Shown here: one piece after another, positions 47,124 to 58,018 of the stretch
How positions within the stretch are numbered: position 1 is the first letter of the stretch
Layout of the letters: each line of letters starts with the position of its first letter
Virus record (IMG/VR): IMGVR_UViG_3300000301_000004
Strand: one strand, 5' to 3'
From: an uncultured virus (IMG/VR IMGVR_UViG_3300000301_000004)
Taxonomy: Duplodnaviria > Heunggongvirae > Uroviricota > Caudoviricetes
Length of the DNA stretch: 64,000 nt
Program-made: the position numbers and the translations under genes
Notes under the pieces: generated by a model
Databases searched by the model: none
Told to the model about the DNA's origin: nothing
The model's input: the letters and a program-made list of their open reading frames with translations, nothing else

Positions 47124-48662
47124 ATGTTAAAATTACCTGATTTTATGAGAATTGATCCAAATGACTTTAATGCAGAAAACATTCGTCGTATGAGTAGCTA
47201 TGGTAAACCACAAGAAGATTTTTTAACTGGAGCTGTTCAACAATTTCAAAATAGTGCTTTGTTTAAGGAAAGAAAAGTAGCAAGAGAGTATTTTGAAAAT
47301 GAAACCGAGATTGATAATAAAATAAGATTTTATTTTAATCGCGAAGGATTACAAATTATTGATAATACTGTGTCTAATGTTAAATTAAGACATTCTTTTT
47401 ATCGTAAATTAGTAAATCAAAAAGTTAACTATCTTTTAAGTAAAGCCTTTACCATCAAATGCAAAAATGAAGAGTTTGAACAAATTCTTCAAGGTTATTT
47501 TAATAAAAAATTTCTTCGTCGTTTACAAAATATGGTTAGACAAGCGGTTGTTTCCGGAATTAATTGGTTTCAAGTTTATTATGATGAAGATGGAAATTTA
47601 TTATTTAAAAGAATGCCCGATTATGAAATTATTCCTTTTTGGGCAGATGCAGACCATACAGTTTTAGATGCAGTAATTCGATTTTATGAAATTATGGAAA
47701 TCAAGCCAAATGGAGATCAAATTCCACATCAAAAAATTGAATACTATACACCTCAAGGAGTTTGGTTTTATGAATTAACAGCTGGTGGAATACGAATTGA
47801 TCCGGATAAAGAAAGTTTTGTTGATAGTCATTTTCGAATTAAGAAGAAGAAAACTAATGAAAATGGTTTAATTGATACAGATGAATTTGGAAATCCTATT
47901 TATGTATCCGATCCTATGTCTTGGGGACGTGTTCCTTTTGTTTGTATTAAATATAACATGGAAGAATTGCCATTATTAAGATACATCAAAACTTTAATAG
48001 ATGACTATGATTCCATTACCAGTGATATTAGTGATCAAATTCATGATGTTCCTAATAGTATTCGTATTGTTAAAGGTTATGATGGCACAGATAAAGATGA
48101 ATTTATGCTTAATTTAAAGCAAACAAAAGTTGCCTATGTAACGGAAGAGGGCGATCTTACTAATTTAGATATACCTTTTAAATTAGAGGGAGCCGAATTA
48201 CATTTAAATCGTTTACGTAAAGATATTTATGAAGATGGTTCGGGTGTAGATACTCAACAAGATGAAATGCGAGATATTAGTGGTGAAGCTTTAAAATTTA
48301 AATATATTGATTTGTCTTTGGATTGTAACGATATAGGTGTGCAAGTAATTGAAGCATTAGAATCTCTTGCATGGTTTATTAAAGAACACGAAAAAACATT
48401 TAATAATAAAGATTTTACTTCTGAAGATTTCGATATCATCTTTAATACTGATATGATTACTAATGAAGCCCAAACAATTCTCGATTGTAAAAATAGTGAA
48501 GGTGTTATTAGTAAACAAACTATTGTTTCGAATCATCCATGGGTTATTGATCCAAAAGAAGAGATTCGTTTATTGGAAAAAGAACAAGAAGAAGAACAAC
48601 AAAAAGAACTTGATATGCAGTTAAAATTAACAAGAGCTTCTTATGGAGGAAATAATGAGTAA
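47124..48662 (+). CDS. Portal protein (SPP1 type)
   Basis: LVNQKVNYL, WGRVPF, KTLIDDYD, SGEALKF. Confidence 0.9.
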   Translation: MLKLPDFMRIDPNDFNAENIRRMSSYGKPQEDFLTGAVQQFQNSALFKERKVAREYFENETEIDNKIRFYFNREGLQIIDNTVSNVKLRHSFYRKLVNQKVNYLLSKAFTIKCKNEEFEQILQGYFNKKFLRRLQNMVRQAVVSGINWFQVYYDEDGNLLFKRMPDYEIIPFWADADHTVLDAVIRFYEIMEIKPNGDQIPHQKIEYYTPQGVWFYELTAGGIRIDPDKESFVDSHFRIKKKKTNENGLIDTDEFGNPIYVSDPMSWGRVPFVCIKYNMEELPLLRYIKTLIDDYDSITSDISDQIHDVPNSIRIVKGYDGTDKDEFMLNLKQTKVAYVTEEGDLTNLDIPFKLEGAELHLNRLRKDIYEDGSGVDTQQDEMRDISGEALKFKYIDLSLDCNDIGVQVIEALESLAWFIKEHEKTFNNKDFTSEDFDIIFNTDMITNEAQTILDCKNSEGVISKQTIVSNHPWVIDPKEEIRLLEKEQEEEQQKELDMQLKLTRASYGGNNE

Positions 48663-49680
48663 TCAGGATTATTGGCAACAAAGAGCAGAACGTAATTTGC
48701 AAGCTGTGGAAGATATTGCAGTTGATTATAATCTTGAATTAGCTAAAGAATATAAAAAAGTAATTAAAGAGCTTCAGGAAGAATTAATGCTTTTTTATGC
48801 TAAATATGCAGAAGAAAATAAAATTTCTTTGGAAATGGCTAAAAAAAGATTATCCGGTAAAGAATTATCAGAATTTAAAGAAATTATTCAGGATTATATT
48901 GAACAGGCTTCACAGTATGATACTAAAAATGCTCAAAGTTACCTTAAAAATTTAAAGGAACTTCAAGATCGTGCAAGATTATCCAGATTAGAATTATTAA
49001 TAGCCGAATATAGGCATGCTATTGAAATGCTATTATTAAAACAGGAAGATCAACAACCGAATATATACCTACAAGGCTATGAAGATATGTATTACCATAC
49101 TTTATATGACGTGCAGACTTATTCTGGCGTAGGCATGTCCTTCACTACCCCTTCCAAAGATTTAGTTATTAGTGTTCTCTCACAAAATTATTTAGGAGAG
49201 GATTTTAGTGATCGTCTTTGGAAAAATAAAGAAATGCTAATTTATAATCTTAAAAAAGAAATGCAATTAGCTTTTGCGGCTGGAAAACCATCTAGATATG
49301 TTGCTGATAAAATTGCCAGTGCTATGAATACACGCCAAGGTGTAGCAATGACTTTAGTCAGAACTGAAATGAATAATGTAGCAAATCAGGCGGCTTTACA
49401 AGCTTATACACAAGCTGGCATAAAAGAATATCAACTTTTAGCAACTTTGGATTTTAAAACATCAGAAATTTGTATAAGTATGGACGGTAGAATTTTTAAA
49501 GTATCTAAAGCTGAACGAGGGGTAAACTTTCCACCATTTCATCCAAATTGTAGAACAACAACTGTTCCAGTTATAGATGGGCAATCTTATACACAACGCA
49601 TTGCTAAAGAAGAAAGTTATTATACAGTTGATAAAAATATCAGTTATAAACAATGGTTAAAAGAATATGTAAATAAATAA
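48655..49680 (+). CDS. Minor head protein (SPP1 gp7/Mu F)
   Basis: LVRTE, ATLD.KTS.IC, PPFHPNCRTT. Confidence 0.9.
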   Translation: MSNQDYWQQRAERNLQAVEDIAVDYNLELAKEYKKVIKELQEELMLFYAKYAEENKISLEMAKKRLSGKELSEFKEIIQDYIEQASQYDTKNAQSYLKNLKELQDRARLSRLELLIAEYRHAIEMLLLKQEDQQPNIYLQGYEDMYYHTLYDVQTYSGVGMSFTTPSKDLVISVLSQNYLGEDFSDRLWKNKEMLIYNLKKEMQLAFAAGKPSRYVADKIASAMNTRQGVAMTLVRTEMNNVANQAALQAYTQAGIKEYQLLATLDFKTSEICISMDGRIFKVSKAERGVNFPPFHPNCRTTTVPVIDGQSYTQRIAKEESYYTVDKNISYKQWLKEYVNK

Positions 49681-49772
49681 GAACTTTTATATTGAATTTT
49701 AAGAATTTATATTGTATAATGTACTCGTAGATGATTCTACGAGTACATTTTTTATGAAAAGGAGCGAATGAT

Positions 49773-50384
49773 ATGACAAAAGAAGCCTTGATTGCTTTTG
49801 GCTTAACAGAAGAACAAGCAGAAAAAGCAATACAACTGCATAATGCAGCTATGGAAGGATATGTGCCTAAAGGGACTTATGATGTGCTAAAGGCAGAGAA
49901 TGAAAACCTTGTTGCAACAGTCAACAGCAATAAAACAGAACTGGAAAAATTGAAAAAATTTGAAGGTACTAATGCTGAACTTGCCGCCAAAATCGAAAAA
50001 CTTCAGGGCGAGGCTACTACGAAGGAAACTGAGTATAAAGAGCAGCTCGAAAAATTACGCAAAGTTAATGCAGTTGAATTAGCCTTATTAGCTGGCGAAA
50101 ATAAACCGCACGATTTGCAACTTGTAAAAGGGTTAATCGATTTAAGTCTAATTAAATTAGATGGGGACAAGGTTGTTAGTGGACTGAAAGAACAGGTTGA
50201 ATCTTTGCAAAAAGATAAATCTTTCTTGTTTAAACCTGCGGATAATCCTGGAAATCCTAGTGGCAATACACCGAGGGACAGTGATACCAATAAAAAAGAG
50301 CCTACAACAAGTGAAGATTTCGGTAAATCTTTAGCAAAACAAAAACTTCAAATGCTTGGGATTCAGACAGAAGGAGGAAATTAA
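49773..50384 (+). CDS. Capsid scaffolding protein (GP20-like)
   Basis: MTKEALIAFGLTEEQ, coiled coil, GLKEQV...SFLF. Confidence 0.85.
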   Translation: MTKEALIAFGLTEEQAEKAIQLHNAAMEGYVPKGTYDVLKAENENLVATVNSNKTELEKLKKFEGTNAELAAKIEKLQGEATTKETEYKEQLEKLRKVNAVELALLAGENKPHDLQLVKGLIDLSLIKLDGDKVVSGLKEQVESLQKDKSFLFKPADNPGNPSGNTPRDSDTNKKEPTTSEDFGKSLAKQKLQMLGIQTEGGN

Positions 50385-50386
50385 AA

Positions 50387-50767
50387 ATGACAATGAAGTA
50401 CAAAACTATTGCTTACGATTCTGCTAAGCATATTCTTGCAATGCCTGATCACTATGTACCTATTGCAAGAAAGGCCGCAAAAGCCACAGAGGCTGGTGGT
50501 ATGGTAGTTAAAGAAGGTGATCGTTTTATTATTAAAGCGGGTACTATTTATCCGTCTAATGACAATAAAGCGATTGGTGTTGTATTGCAAGATTATGATG
50601 TAACTGAAAGTGATGCTTCCATGGCTATTGTTTTACATGGATTTATTCGAGCAGATCGTTTACCTACTCAGCCATCAGATGCAGCACTTAAAAATTTAAG
50701 AATGATTTATTTCTTAAAAGATGACATGACCATCTTACAACCTGCGGATGCGTCTGTTGGTGGTTAA
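50387..50767 (+). CDS. Head decoration protein
   Basis: IKAGTIYP..AIGVVL.D.DVT; between scaffold and capsid. Confidence 0.7.
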   Translation: MTMKYKTIAYDSAKHILAMPDHYVPIARKAAKATEAGGMVVKEGDRFIIKAGTIYPSNDNKAIGVVLQDYDVTESDASMAIVLHGFIRADRLPTQPSDAALKNLRMIYFLKDDMTILQPADASVGG

Positions 50768-50792
50768 TTATTAGTAAAGGAGAATAATAGAA

Positions 50793-51872
50793 ATGAAATC
50801 TATTTTTGAAATTTTTGATTCAAAGGCCATTGCAGCTTATTGGACTGATGTTAATACAGCCATGAAAAATCCTATGATTGGTAGTCAATTTTTCCCCAAT
50901 AATAAAAATAATGGTCTTGAGCTTGCATGGATTAAAGGTCGTAATCAACTTCCTGTTGCATTGCAACCGTCTGCTTTTGATACCAAAGCGACTTTAAGAG
51001 ATCGTATTGGTGTTACTGAAGTTTCTACGGAAATGCCGTTCTTCCGTGAAGCAACTCGTATTGGTGAAAAAGAACGTCAGGATATTCAAAATCTGTTGGC
51101 TAAAGGCATTCCTTTTGCACAGCCTACTATTGCACGTGTATATGACGATATTACTCGTCTTGTAGATGGTGCATTGGTACAAGCAGAACGTATGCGTATG
51201 AGCTTGTTGGTAGATGGTACTATCTCTGTTACTGCAACCGCAGGCACTGGTCGTGATATTAGTTATCAATATAATTATGATCCTGACGGCGATTGGGCTT
51301 CCGACCATAAAATCACTTTGACTGGTGATGGTGTTTGGACTCAAGAAAAGAAAGCTGTAAATGATCCGATTGGTGACTTACTTGACGCAACAACTACAAT
51401 GGCTGATCAATATGGTGTCACTCTTACCCGTGCATTGATGACAACTAAAACATTGCGAGATATGTTGGCTTCTGAATCCATTAAGAAATTTATGAATCCA
51501 TTAGCAGCTCCGAATATGTTGGTTTCTAGCGCGCAGGCTAAATCCTTTGTAAGTCAAGAAACTCAACTTGAAATCATTACATATGATAAGATGTTCAAAG
51601 ATGAACAAGGTGTTGACCATAAATTCTATCCTGATGGATATGTAACTTTGTTACCGAGTTATTCTTTAGGTAATACTTGGTTTGGTACTACTCCCGAAGA
51701 ATATGATTTAATGAGCGGTAATTCTTCCGCTTCTGTTTCTGTTGTAGCTAATGGTGTTGCCATTACCACAGTTAAAGAACCACATCCGGTAAATGTATTT
51801 ACTGTTGTAGATGCTATTATGCTGCCTTCCTTCGAAAGAATGGATGACATTTATGTAATGAAAGTTCAATAA
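50793..51872 (+). CDS. Major capsid protein (cap E type)
   Basis: EMPFFRE, AERMRM, G.TWFGTTPEE, LPSF; position. Confidence 0.9.
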   Translation: MKSIFEIFDSKAIAAYWTDVNTAMKNPMIGSQFFPNNKNNGLELAWIKGRNQLPVALQPSAFDTKATLRDRIGVTEVSTEMPFFREATRIGEKERQDIQNLLAKGIPFAQPTIARVYDDITRLVDGALVQAERMRMSLLVDGTISVTATAGTGRDISYQYNYDPDGDWASDHKITLTGDGVWTQEKKAVNDPIGDLLDATTTMADQYGVTLTRALMTTKTLRDMLASESIKKFMNPLAAPNMLVSSAQAKSFVSQETQLEIITYDKMFKDEQGVDHKFYPDGYVTLLPSYSLGNTWFGTTPEEYDLMSGNSSASVSVVANGVAITTVKEPHPVNVFTVVDAIMLPSFERMDDIYVMKVQ

Positions 51873-51886
51873 TTTAGGAGGCTAAT

Positions 51887-52096
51887 ATGTCTAAGGTTAA
51901 AGTACAGTTTCCCATAACTGTAAAATATAATCGTAAAGTATATCCTCCCTATACTGATATTATCGCCGATGAATCTGATCTTCCGGAAATGAAAAAATCT
52001 GGAGCTGTTGTTTTTGAAGAACAAGTAGAACAGGAAGAAAAACCTGTTGCAACTCCAAAAAGAAAAAAATCTAAATCTGGAAGATTAACGGAATGA
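51887..52096 (+). CDS. Small head-associated protein
   Basis: Position, RBS. Confidence 0.55.
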   Translation: MSKVKVQFPITVKYNRKVYPPYTDIIADESDLPEMKKSGAVVFEEQVEQEEKPVATPKRKKSKSGRLTE

Positions 52097-52527
52097 AAAT
52101 CGTTGATAAATCTTTAGTTATGGACATTGTAAAAGTAAAGCTCGGAGCGGATACACCCTCCGAGCCTTTACTAAAAATAACAGTAGATGAAATAGAACAG
52201 ACTATTTTAAATTATTGTAATATTAATGAAATTCCTAAAGAATTAACTTATACTTTTGCGAATATGGTAGTTGACTTATTTAGGTATGAAGATGAGTTTA
52301 TAAAGGCAACAACTGTTTCTGTAGAAGGTGAGGAGGAAGAAGCCGAGCCAGATGTGAATACAGGCAATATCAACTCTATAAGGGTAGGGGATACTACTAT
52401 AACCTTTGGAAGTGGTAGCGATACCTCTATATATAACAAGAATTTAAGAAGTCATCAAGCTAATTTAGATACTGTTGTTTTAGATTATGAATCCCAACTG
52501 AAGAAATTTCGGAGGTTAGTATGGTGA
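52093..52527 (+). CDS. Head-tail connector (adaptor)
   Basis: ILNYCNI.EIP.EL, SIRVGDTTITF, QLKKFRRL. Confidence 0.8.
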   Translation: MKIVDKSLVMDIVKVKLGADTPSEPLLKITVDEIEQTILNYCNINEIPKELTYTFANMVVDLFRYEDEFIKATTVSVEGEEEEAEPDVNTGNINSIRVGDTTITFGSGSDTSIYNKNLRSHQANLDTVVLDYESQLKKFRRLVW

Positions 52528-52913
52528 TAAAAATTGGTTTTACAAGAAAACTCTTTAAATCATTAATGTATAAAGACAGAATGGAAGTTTATCGGTTAGG
52601 TTTAACTATAGGGGAGGACTTTACTGTATCAAATGAACAATCCGTTCAGCCTATTTATACAAAAATTCCTTGTAAAATTAGTTTGAATTATCAAGATTTA
52701 CCGGAAGAAGATTCATTATTAATAAACCCAACAAATCAGCATATTGGAATTTTTTGTGATCCTTCCTATGATATTCGTAAAGGTGATAAGATTAAAGCTT
52801 ATGTACTAGACGATCATGGAAATGTATTAGATACATATACAGATTATGCTGGTAGACCTGAAAAGCATACTTCCCATCAGCAGTTCGCTCTTGTAAATAG
52901 GGAGTTTGCCTAA
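52521..52913 (+). CDS. Head closure protein
   Basis: IPCKIS, IFCDP.YDI.KGD; position. Confidence 0.7.
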   Translation: MVIKIGFTRKLFKSLMYKDRMEVYRLGLTIGEDFTVSNEQSVQPIYTKIPCKISLNYQDLPEEDSLLINPTNQHIGIFCDPSYDIRKGDKIKAYVLDDHGNVLDTYTDYAGRPEKHTSHQQFALVNREFA

Positions 52914-53383
52914 TGTCTATAAAATTTGATCATAAAGATTTTGACAAGTTTTTAAAAAATTTTGAGAACCTAGAAAAAGATTATGATTTATTTTGTCGTC
53001 AGTTTCTTTTAAAAGAGGCCATGAAGGTATTAGCTGACACAAAAGCACTAACTCCAGTTAAGACAGGGGATTTAAGAAATCGCTGGGAATTAACTCAAGT
53101 TTTTAAAACTGCTAAAGGTTATTATATTCAAATTTTCAATTCACTAGAATATGCGTCATATGTGGAAGATGGGCATAGGCAACAAGTCGGTAGATTTGTT
53201 CCTGGAATTTTTGTTGGTGGGAAGTTTGTTTATACAAAAGGAGCTAAATCAGGAATAGTATTAAAAAAGCCTTTTGTAAATGGTTTTCATATGTGCCGGA
53301 TCGCAATTGATAGATATGATGATACAATTAAAGCCAACTTTGAAGCTGCATTTAAAGCATTTTATAAAGGAAAAGGATTATGA
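52913..53383 (+). CDS. HK97 gp10-like neck/tail completion protein
   Basis: TPVKTGDLRNRW, NSLEYASYVEDGHR. Confidence 0.85.
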   Translation: MSIKFDHKDFDKFLKNFENLEKDYDLFCRQFLLKEAMKVLADTKALTPVKTGDLRNRWELTQVFKTAKGYYIQIFNSLEYASYVEDGHRQQVGRFVPGIFVGGKFVYTKGAKSGIVLKKPFVNGFHMCRIAIDRYDDTIKANFEAAFKAFYKGKGL

Positions 53384-53877
53384 TTATACCAATTAAAGGC
53401 GATTTCATTATTAGTGCAATGGCAAAAAATATTGCAAATCGGTTAAAAAATGATTCTGTAGACCCACCAATAATTCCAACTATTTTTAAAAATAAGATAA
53501 TGGAAGGTGCAGTAGAGCCCTTTTTCGTATTATCTGTAATTGATGTAACACAAGAAAATGGGATGACTGCTTCGGCTTGGAGAACATATCGAATGAAAGT
53601 CGAATATTATTTAGAAGAATCCGATTATGGTAGGCATAGTGAATATCGTGATATGGCTGAAAAATTGTTTGGTATTCTAAGAATGATCGACATTCCAGAT
53701 AAACAAGATGGCGATGAAGTAGTAACAAGAAAAGCAAAGGCAAGTAAGATGAATTATCAAATTATTGAAAATGTCTTACAGTTCTTTGTTAATTATAAAA
53801 TTAAGGCAAAACTTATTTTGCCTGAAGAACCTAAAATGCAAGTTTTGGAAATTCAACGAATGGAGGATGAAGAATAA
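53380..53877 (+). CDS. Tail terminator protein
   Basis: Position before sheath. Confidence 0.65.
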   Translation: MIIPIKGDFIISAMAKNIANRLKNDSVDPPIIPTIFKNKIMEGAVEPFFVLSVIDVTQENGMTASAWRTYRMKVEYYLEESDYGRHSEYRDMAEKLFGILRMIDIPDKQDGDEVVTRKAKASKMNYQIIENVLQFFVNYKIKAKLILPEEPKMQVLEIQRMEDEE

Positions 53878-55211
53878 TGGCAGGTGGAACTTTTGAAGCT
53901 ATGAATAAAGTTCGTCCGGGTGCTTATATTAATTTTCAAAGCGCATCTCAGCCTTTGAATATGGTAGGCGATCGTGGAATTGCTACATTACCAATTCAAA
54001 TGAACTTTGGCGCTAATGATGTATTAATTAGTTTAACTCCAGAACAACTTTTAGATGGCTCCTGTGAAAGTATTATTGGCTGTAATATTATGGATGAAGA
54101 ATCTTTAATATATCAGCAAGTTTTGACAGATTGTTCTAAAGTTTTGCTTTTCCGTATGGATACTGGAGGCACTAAAGCAAAACTTATTTTAAACAATCTT
54201 ACGGCTACTGCGAAATATGCAGGTGTTGGCGGAAATAAAATTGCCGTTTCCGTGGTTGAAAATGGGTCTGCATTCGATGTTATTACTACTTTTAATGGAA
54301 TTGTTAAGGATACACAGACAGGGACTACTGTAGGCGATATCGAAAATAATGATTTTGTTGATTTTAGTGGTACAAGTTCAGCATCTTTAACAGCTGATGC
54401 GGGCGGGGAATTGGAAGATGGCACAAATGGAACTGTAGTTAATTCTAATTATACTCGTTATTTTGAATTGCTGAAAACTGCAAAATGGAATACAATGGGT
54501 ATCCCACTCGAAACATCAACTGAAATACACGCTCAAGTAAAATCCTTTATCAGTTATATGAGAGAAACAACCGGAACGAAAGTTCAGGCCGTTTTAAATA
54601 ATATTGATGCGGATACAGAGGGCATTATTTCTACTCTTAATCAAGGTTATATATCCGCTCAGTATGAGATTACAGTTCCTATTTTTGTGGCTCGTGTAAC
54701 TGGTATGAGTGCAGGTTGTGCAATTAATAAATCTTTAACTTATTATGCTTTTGAAGATGCAACAGAAATCATTAATCAATTGACACATGAACAAATTATT
54801 GATGCTTTAAGAAGGGGTAAATTTATTCTTTCTTCTCGTCAAGATGGCGTTGTTGTTGTTGAACAGGATATTAATACATTGCATACGTTTACTGCACTAA
54901 AAGATTATTCTTTTAGTAAAAACAGAGTAATTCGTACCATTGATCAAATTAATAATGATATTCGTTTATTATTTGAAAAGAGTTATTTAGGTAAACAGAA
55001 TAATAATGATGATGGTCGAGAAATATTTAAAGCCGATATCGTTGATTACTTAAATAAACTTCAAAAAATGGGCGCTATTCAGAATTTTGACGGCTCTACA
55101 GACATTACAATCAGACAAGGTGCTAACCTTGACGAAGTTGTAGTTGAATTGTATTTACAGCCTGTTGATTCAATGGAAAAATTGTATATGACAGTAACTA
55201 TTCGTCGTTAA
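53877..55211 (+). CDS. Tail sheath protein (XkdK-like)
   Basis: MAGGTF..NKVRPGAYINF, DINTL, KNRVIR, MEKLYMTV. Confidence 0.93.
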   Translation: MAGGTFEAMNKVRPGAYINFQSASQPLNMVGDRGIATLPIQMNFGANDVLISLTPEQLLDGSCESIIGCNIMDEESLIYQQVLTDCSKVLLFRMDTGGTKAKLILNNLTATAKYAGVGGNKIAVSVVENGSAFDVITTFNGIVKDTQTGTTVGDIENNDFVDFSGTSSASLTADAGGELEDGTNGTVVNSNYTRYFELLKTAKWNTMGIPLETSTEIHAQVKSFISYMRETTGTKVQAVLNNIDADTEGIISTLNQGYISAQYEITVPIFVARVTGMSAGCAINKSLTYYAFEDATEIINQLTHEQIIDALRRGKFILSSRQDGVVVVEQDINTLHTFTALKDYSFSKNRVIRTIDQINNDIRLLFEKSYLGKQNNNDDGREIFKADIVDYLNKLQKMGAIQNFDGSTDITIRQGANLDEVVVELYLQPVDSMEKLYMTVTIRR

Positions 55212-55228
55212 GAAGGGAGGACTAAATA

Positions 55229-55708
55229 ATGTCACAGGAGTATGATTATTTACGAGCTGGCGATGCCGTTTCCGGTCAAGAAGGTTGGGCAACTATGGTT
55301 GTTGACGGTGTCCTTACAGAATTGTTTATGATTAAGGATTGTACAATGACTTTCACAAAACGCAAGAAAGAATTTCGTTCTCTTGGTTTTCGTGGGGCGC
55401 AACATAAATCTTCTGGCTGGTCTGGTAAAGGTGAATTTACTCTTTACTATGTTTCTTCTGTATTTCGTAAACTTATGCGTGAATATGCTAAAACAGGTAA
55501 AGATTTATATTTCACTATTACTATCAAGAATAATGACCCAACTACCACAATCGGAAAACAGGTGTCTGCATTCTATTACTGCAATATTGATGAAGGGGTC
55601 TTGGCGAAATTAGATGTTGAAAGCGAAGTTTTGGAAGAGCCTATGACTTGCACATTCTCCGACTTTGAATATTTAGATTACTTTTCAAGCCCTAATCCGG
55701 AAATTTAA
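55229..55708 (+). CDS. Tail tube protein (XkdM-like)
   Basis: DAVSGQEG, GWSGKG..TLYY..S.FR, NNDP. Confidence 0.9.
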   Translation: MSQEYDYLRAGDAVSGQEGWATMVVDGVLTELFMIKDCTMTFTKRKKEFRSLGFRGAQHKSSGWSGKGEFTLYYVSSVFRKLMREYAKTGKDLYFTITIKNNDPTTTIGKQVSAFYYCNIDEGVLAKLDVESEVLEEPMTCTFSDFEYLDYFSSPNPEI

Positions 55709-55723
55709 TTGGAGGTTATTATA

Positions 55724-56277
55724 ATGGAACTTTTAGATCTTATTCGAAATCGTGATATACGTGATACAAAAGAAATTACTTTAAAAGGTGAGCTTGCAGG
55801 AATAACAATTACTATTAGAGCTATTGATGCCGATGAATGGCAAGAAGCTAGAGCTAGGGCAATTAAAATTAATGCAAAAGGTGAACCAACAGTTGATAAT
55901 ATGGCATTATCCAGTAGCTTAATGGCTATTGGCTGTGTAAACCCTAATTTCCGTGACCCGGCTGTTTTAGGTGGTATTACAGTTCCAACGGAATTTATTA
56001 AAGCTAAATTTAAACCCGGCGAGATTGAATTTATTGCAAATAAAATCATGCAACATTCTGGCTATGGTGAAGAGGCTGTTGACACAGCAAAAAAGTAAAA
56101 CAGCTCTTTAAAGAAGGAGATTCCGATACGGTGGCAGCATTTTGGTGTTTCAGAAGACTTCATTGGAAGCCTTCTGAATATCTAAATTTGCCAATTTCAG
56201 AAAAAGCCTGTGTGCTGGCATTTATTGAAATCGCCGCTAAACAAGATGCTGAATTACAAAAGAAAACGAAAACATAA
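55724..56277 (+). CDS. Tail assembly chaperone (XkdN-like, stop 56098) with -1 frameshift extension to 56277
   Basis: Slippery A AAA AAG at 56089-56095; -1 frame open: VKQLFKEGDSD...HWKPSEYLNLP..EKA. Confidence 0.85.
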
Positions 56278-56296
56278 AAGATAGCGAGGTTAGCCT

Positions 56297-58012
56297 ATGG
56301 AAGTCAGGAATACATTATATTTAAACGATCAAATGTCCCCTGTGCTAAATAAGGTTTTAGCCTCGCTTCGTCTTACTTTAACGGCATTAAATCAAACGCC
56401 GGGCGAAGCGAGTCTATTTAAAGCAGCTTCGCGGGATATATCAAAAGCTAATGCTTTACTTAAAGATTTTAATTCTGATGTTAATCGTTCTCAGAATTTA
56501 ATTAAGGGGCTTGGCTTTAAAGATGAAAATCCTATTGGAAACGTATTTTCAAATGCAATGAATCCTTTAACAGAATTATTAGCTGGTGTGTATTTGTTGA
56601 AAAGTACCATTTCAGAAATTGGACGTGTAACAGATATAGGCGATGCCTTAATGTTAAATGCAGCGAGATTAAATATTATTAATGATGGTTTAAGAACACA
56701 AGATCAACTATCCAGAGATATTTATGATTCTGCACAAAGATCAAGAGCTGACTATTTAGCTACAAGCCGAGTTATTGGTCGTATGGGTATTCTTGCAGGA
56801 CACGCTTTTGCAAATAACAATGAATTAATAGCTTTTACTGAGTTAGTAAATAAGGCTTTCCTTGTTGGTGGTAGTACACCACAAGAACAAAAAGCGGCCA
56901 TGTATCAGCTCACACAAGCTATGGCCTCTGGAAGATTGCAAGGCGATGAAATGCGTACTATTCGCGAATCTGCTCCTTTAATTAAAAAAGCTATACAAAA
57001 TTATATGGGACTTGATGATGCAGCTTTTAAAGAAGCACAAAAAAATGGGGAAATAACTGCTGAAGTAATTAAGAATGCAGTTTTTCAAAATGCTACAGAA
57101 ATTGAAAATAAATTTAATGAACTTCCTATAACATTCGGTCAAGCTATGACGATGGCTGGAAATAGTCTGCTAATTGGAATGGATGAAATATTTACTGGCA
57201 TTAGTACCAGCGGCGTAGGAATGATTCAAACACTTGTAGAAAATTTTGATATATTAGCTGGAATTTTAGGCTACATTGCAGGCGTTTCTCTTGTTATATT
57301 AGTTCGTAATATTGCAGCAGCGCTTCCTGGAGCCGCTGCGTTGGCATTAAGTTTTATTGCTATGAATTGGCAAGTATTGCTCGTAGTAGCCGCCGTCGGA
57401 ATGTTAATGAAATTATTTTTAGCTTTTCCGGAAGCTTTTGGAGTTATTATGGGTGGTATTAATGCAATGAAAACAGCCTTTATGAATTTAGTAAAAATGG
57501 TTGCCGATTATTTTATCTTACTATTTAATAACATAATTCTTCGAGGAATGAATTTTGTTTTAGATAAATTAGGTAAAGAAAAAATTGGTTATGTAAGTAT
57601 GTTTGCAATGGAAGATGTGGGGGCTAGTTATAAATCAGGTTATGATTGGGGAATTAATTTTGCTAAAGATACTAACACTAAAATAGACGGTTTTTTAAAT
57701 ACCATGAAAAATACATTTAATCCAAACGGTGTTGGAGCTACTGGTGGAGTTAAAGCTAAACCTATTACAGATCTTGATACTGTTGGCGAAGTAAAAAATG
57801 TTAAAGGTGGTAAAATTAGTCTTGATGAAGATAGTATTAAGTGGATTAAAGAATCTCAGGCAATAGAATTTGTGAATAGGTATACTACAATGCGTCCAAT
57901 TATGCGAGTTGTGTTTGGAGATGTACATCAAAATGCAGATGTGGGGCAAATTGCAGATGATTTGGCGGATATGTTTGAAAATGCCTATAATTTAAGTGTT
58001 GGAGAGGAGTAG
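56297..58012 (+). CDS. Tape measure protein
   Basis: AMYQLTQAMASGRLQGDE tape-measure motif; hydrophobic middle. Confidence 0.9.
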   Translation: MEVRNTLYLNDQMSPVLNKVLASLRLTLTALNQTPGEASLFKAASRDISKANALLKDFNSDVNRSQNLIKGLGFKDENPIGNVFSNAMNPLTELLAGVYLLKSTISEIGRVTDIGDALMLNAARLNIINDGLRTQDQLSRDIYDSAQRSRADYLATSRVIGRMGILAGHAFANNNELIAFTELVNKAFLVGGSTPQEQKAAMYQLTQAMASGRLQGDEMRTIRESAPLIKKAIQNYMGLDDAAFKEAQKNGEITAEVIKNAVFQNATEIENKFNELPITFGQAMTMAGNSLLIGMDEIFTGISTSGVGMIQTLVENFDILAGILGYIAGVSLVILVRNIAAALPGAAALALSFIAMNWQVLLVVAAVGMLMKLFLAFPEAFGVIMGGINAMKTAFMNLVKMVADYFILLFNNIILRGMNFVLDKLGKEKIGYVSMFAMEDVGASYKSGYDWGINFAKDTNTKIDGFLNTMKNTFNPNGVGATGGVKAKPITDLDTVGEVKNVKGGKISLDEDSIKWIKESQAIEFVNRYTTMRPIMRVVFGDVHQNADVGQIADDLADMFENAYNLSVGEE

Positions 58013-58018
58013 GATAAA

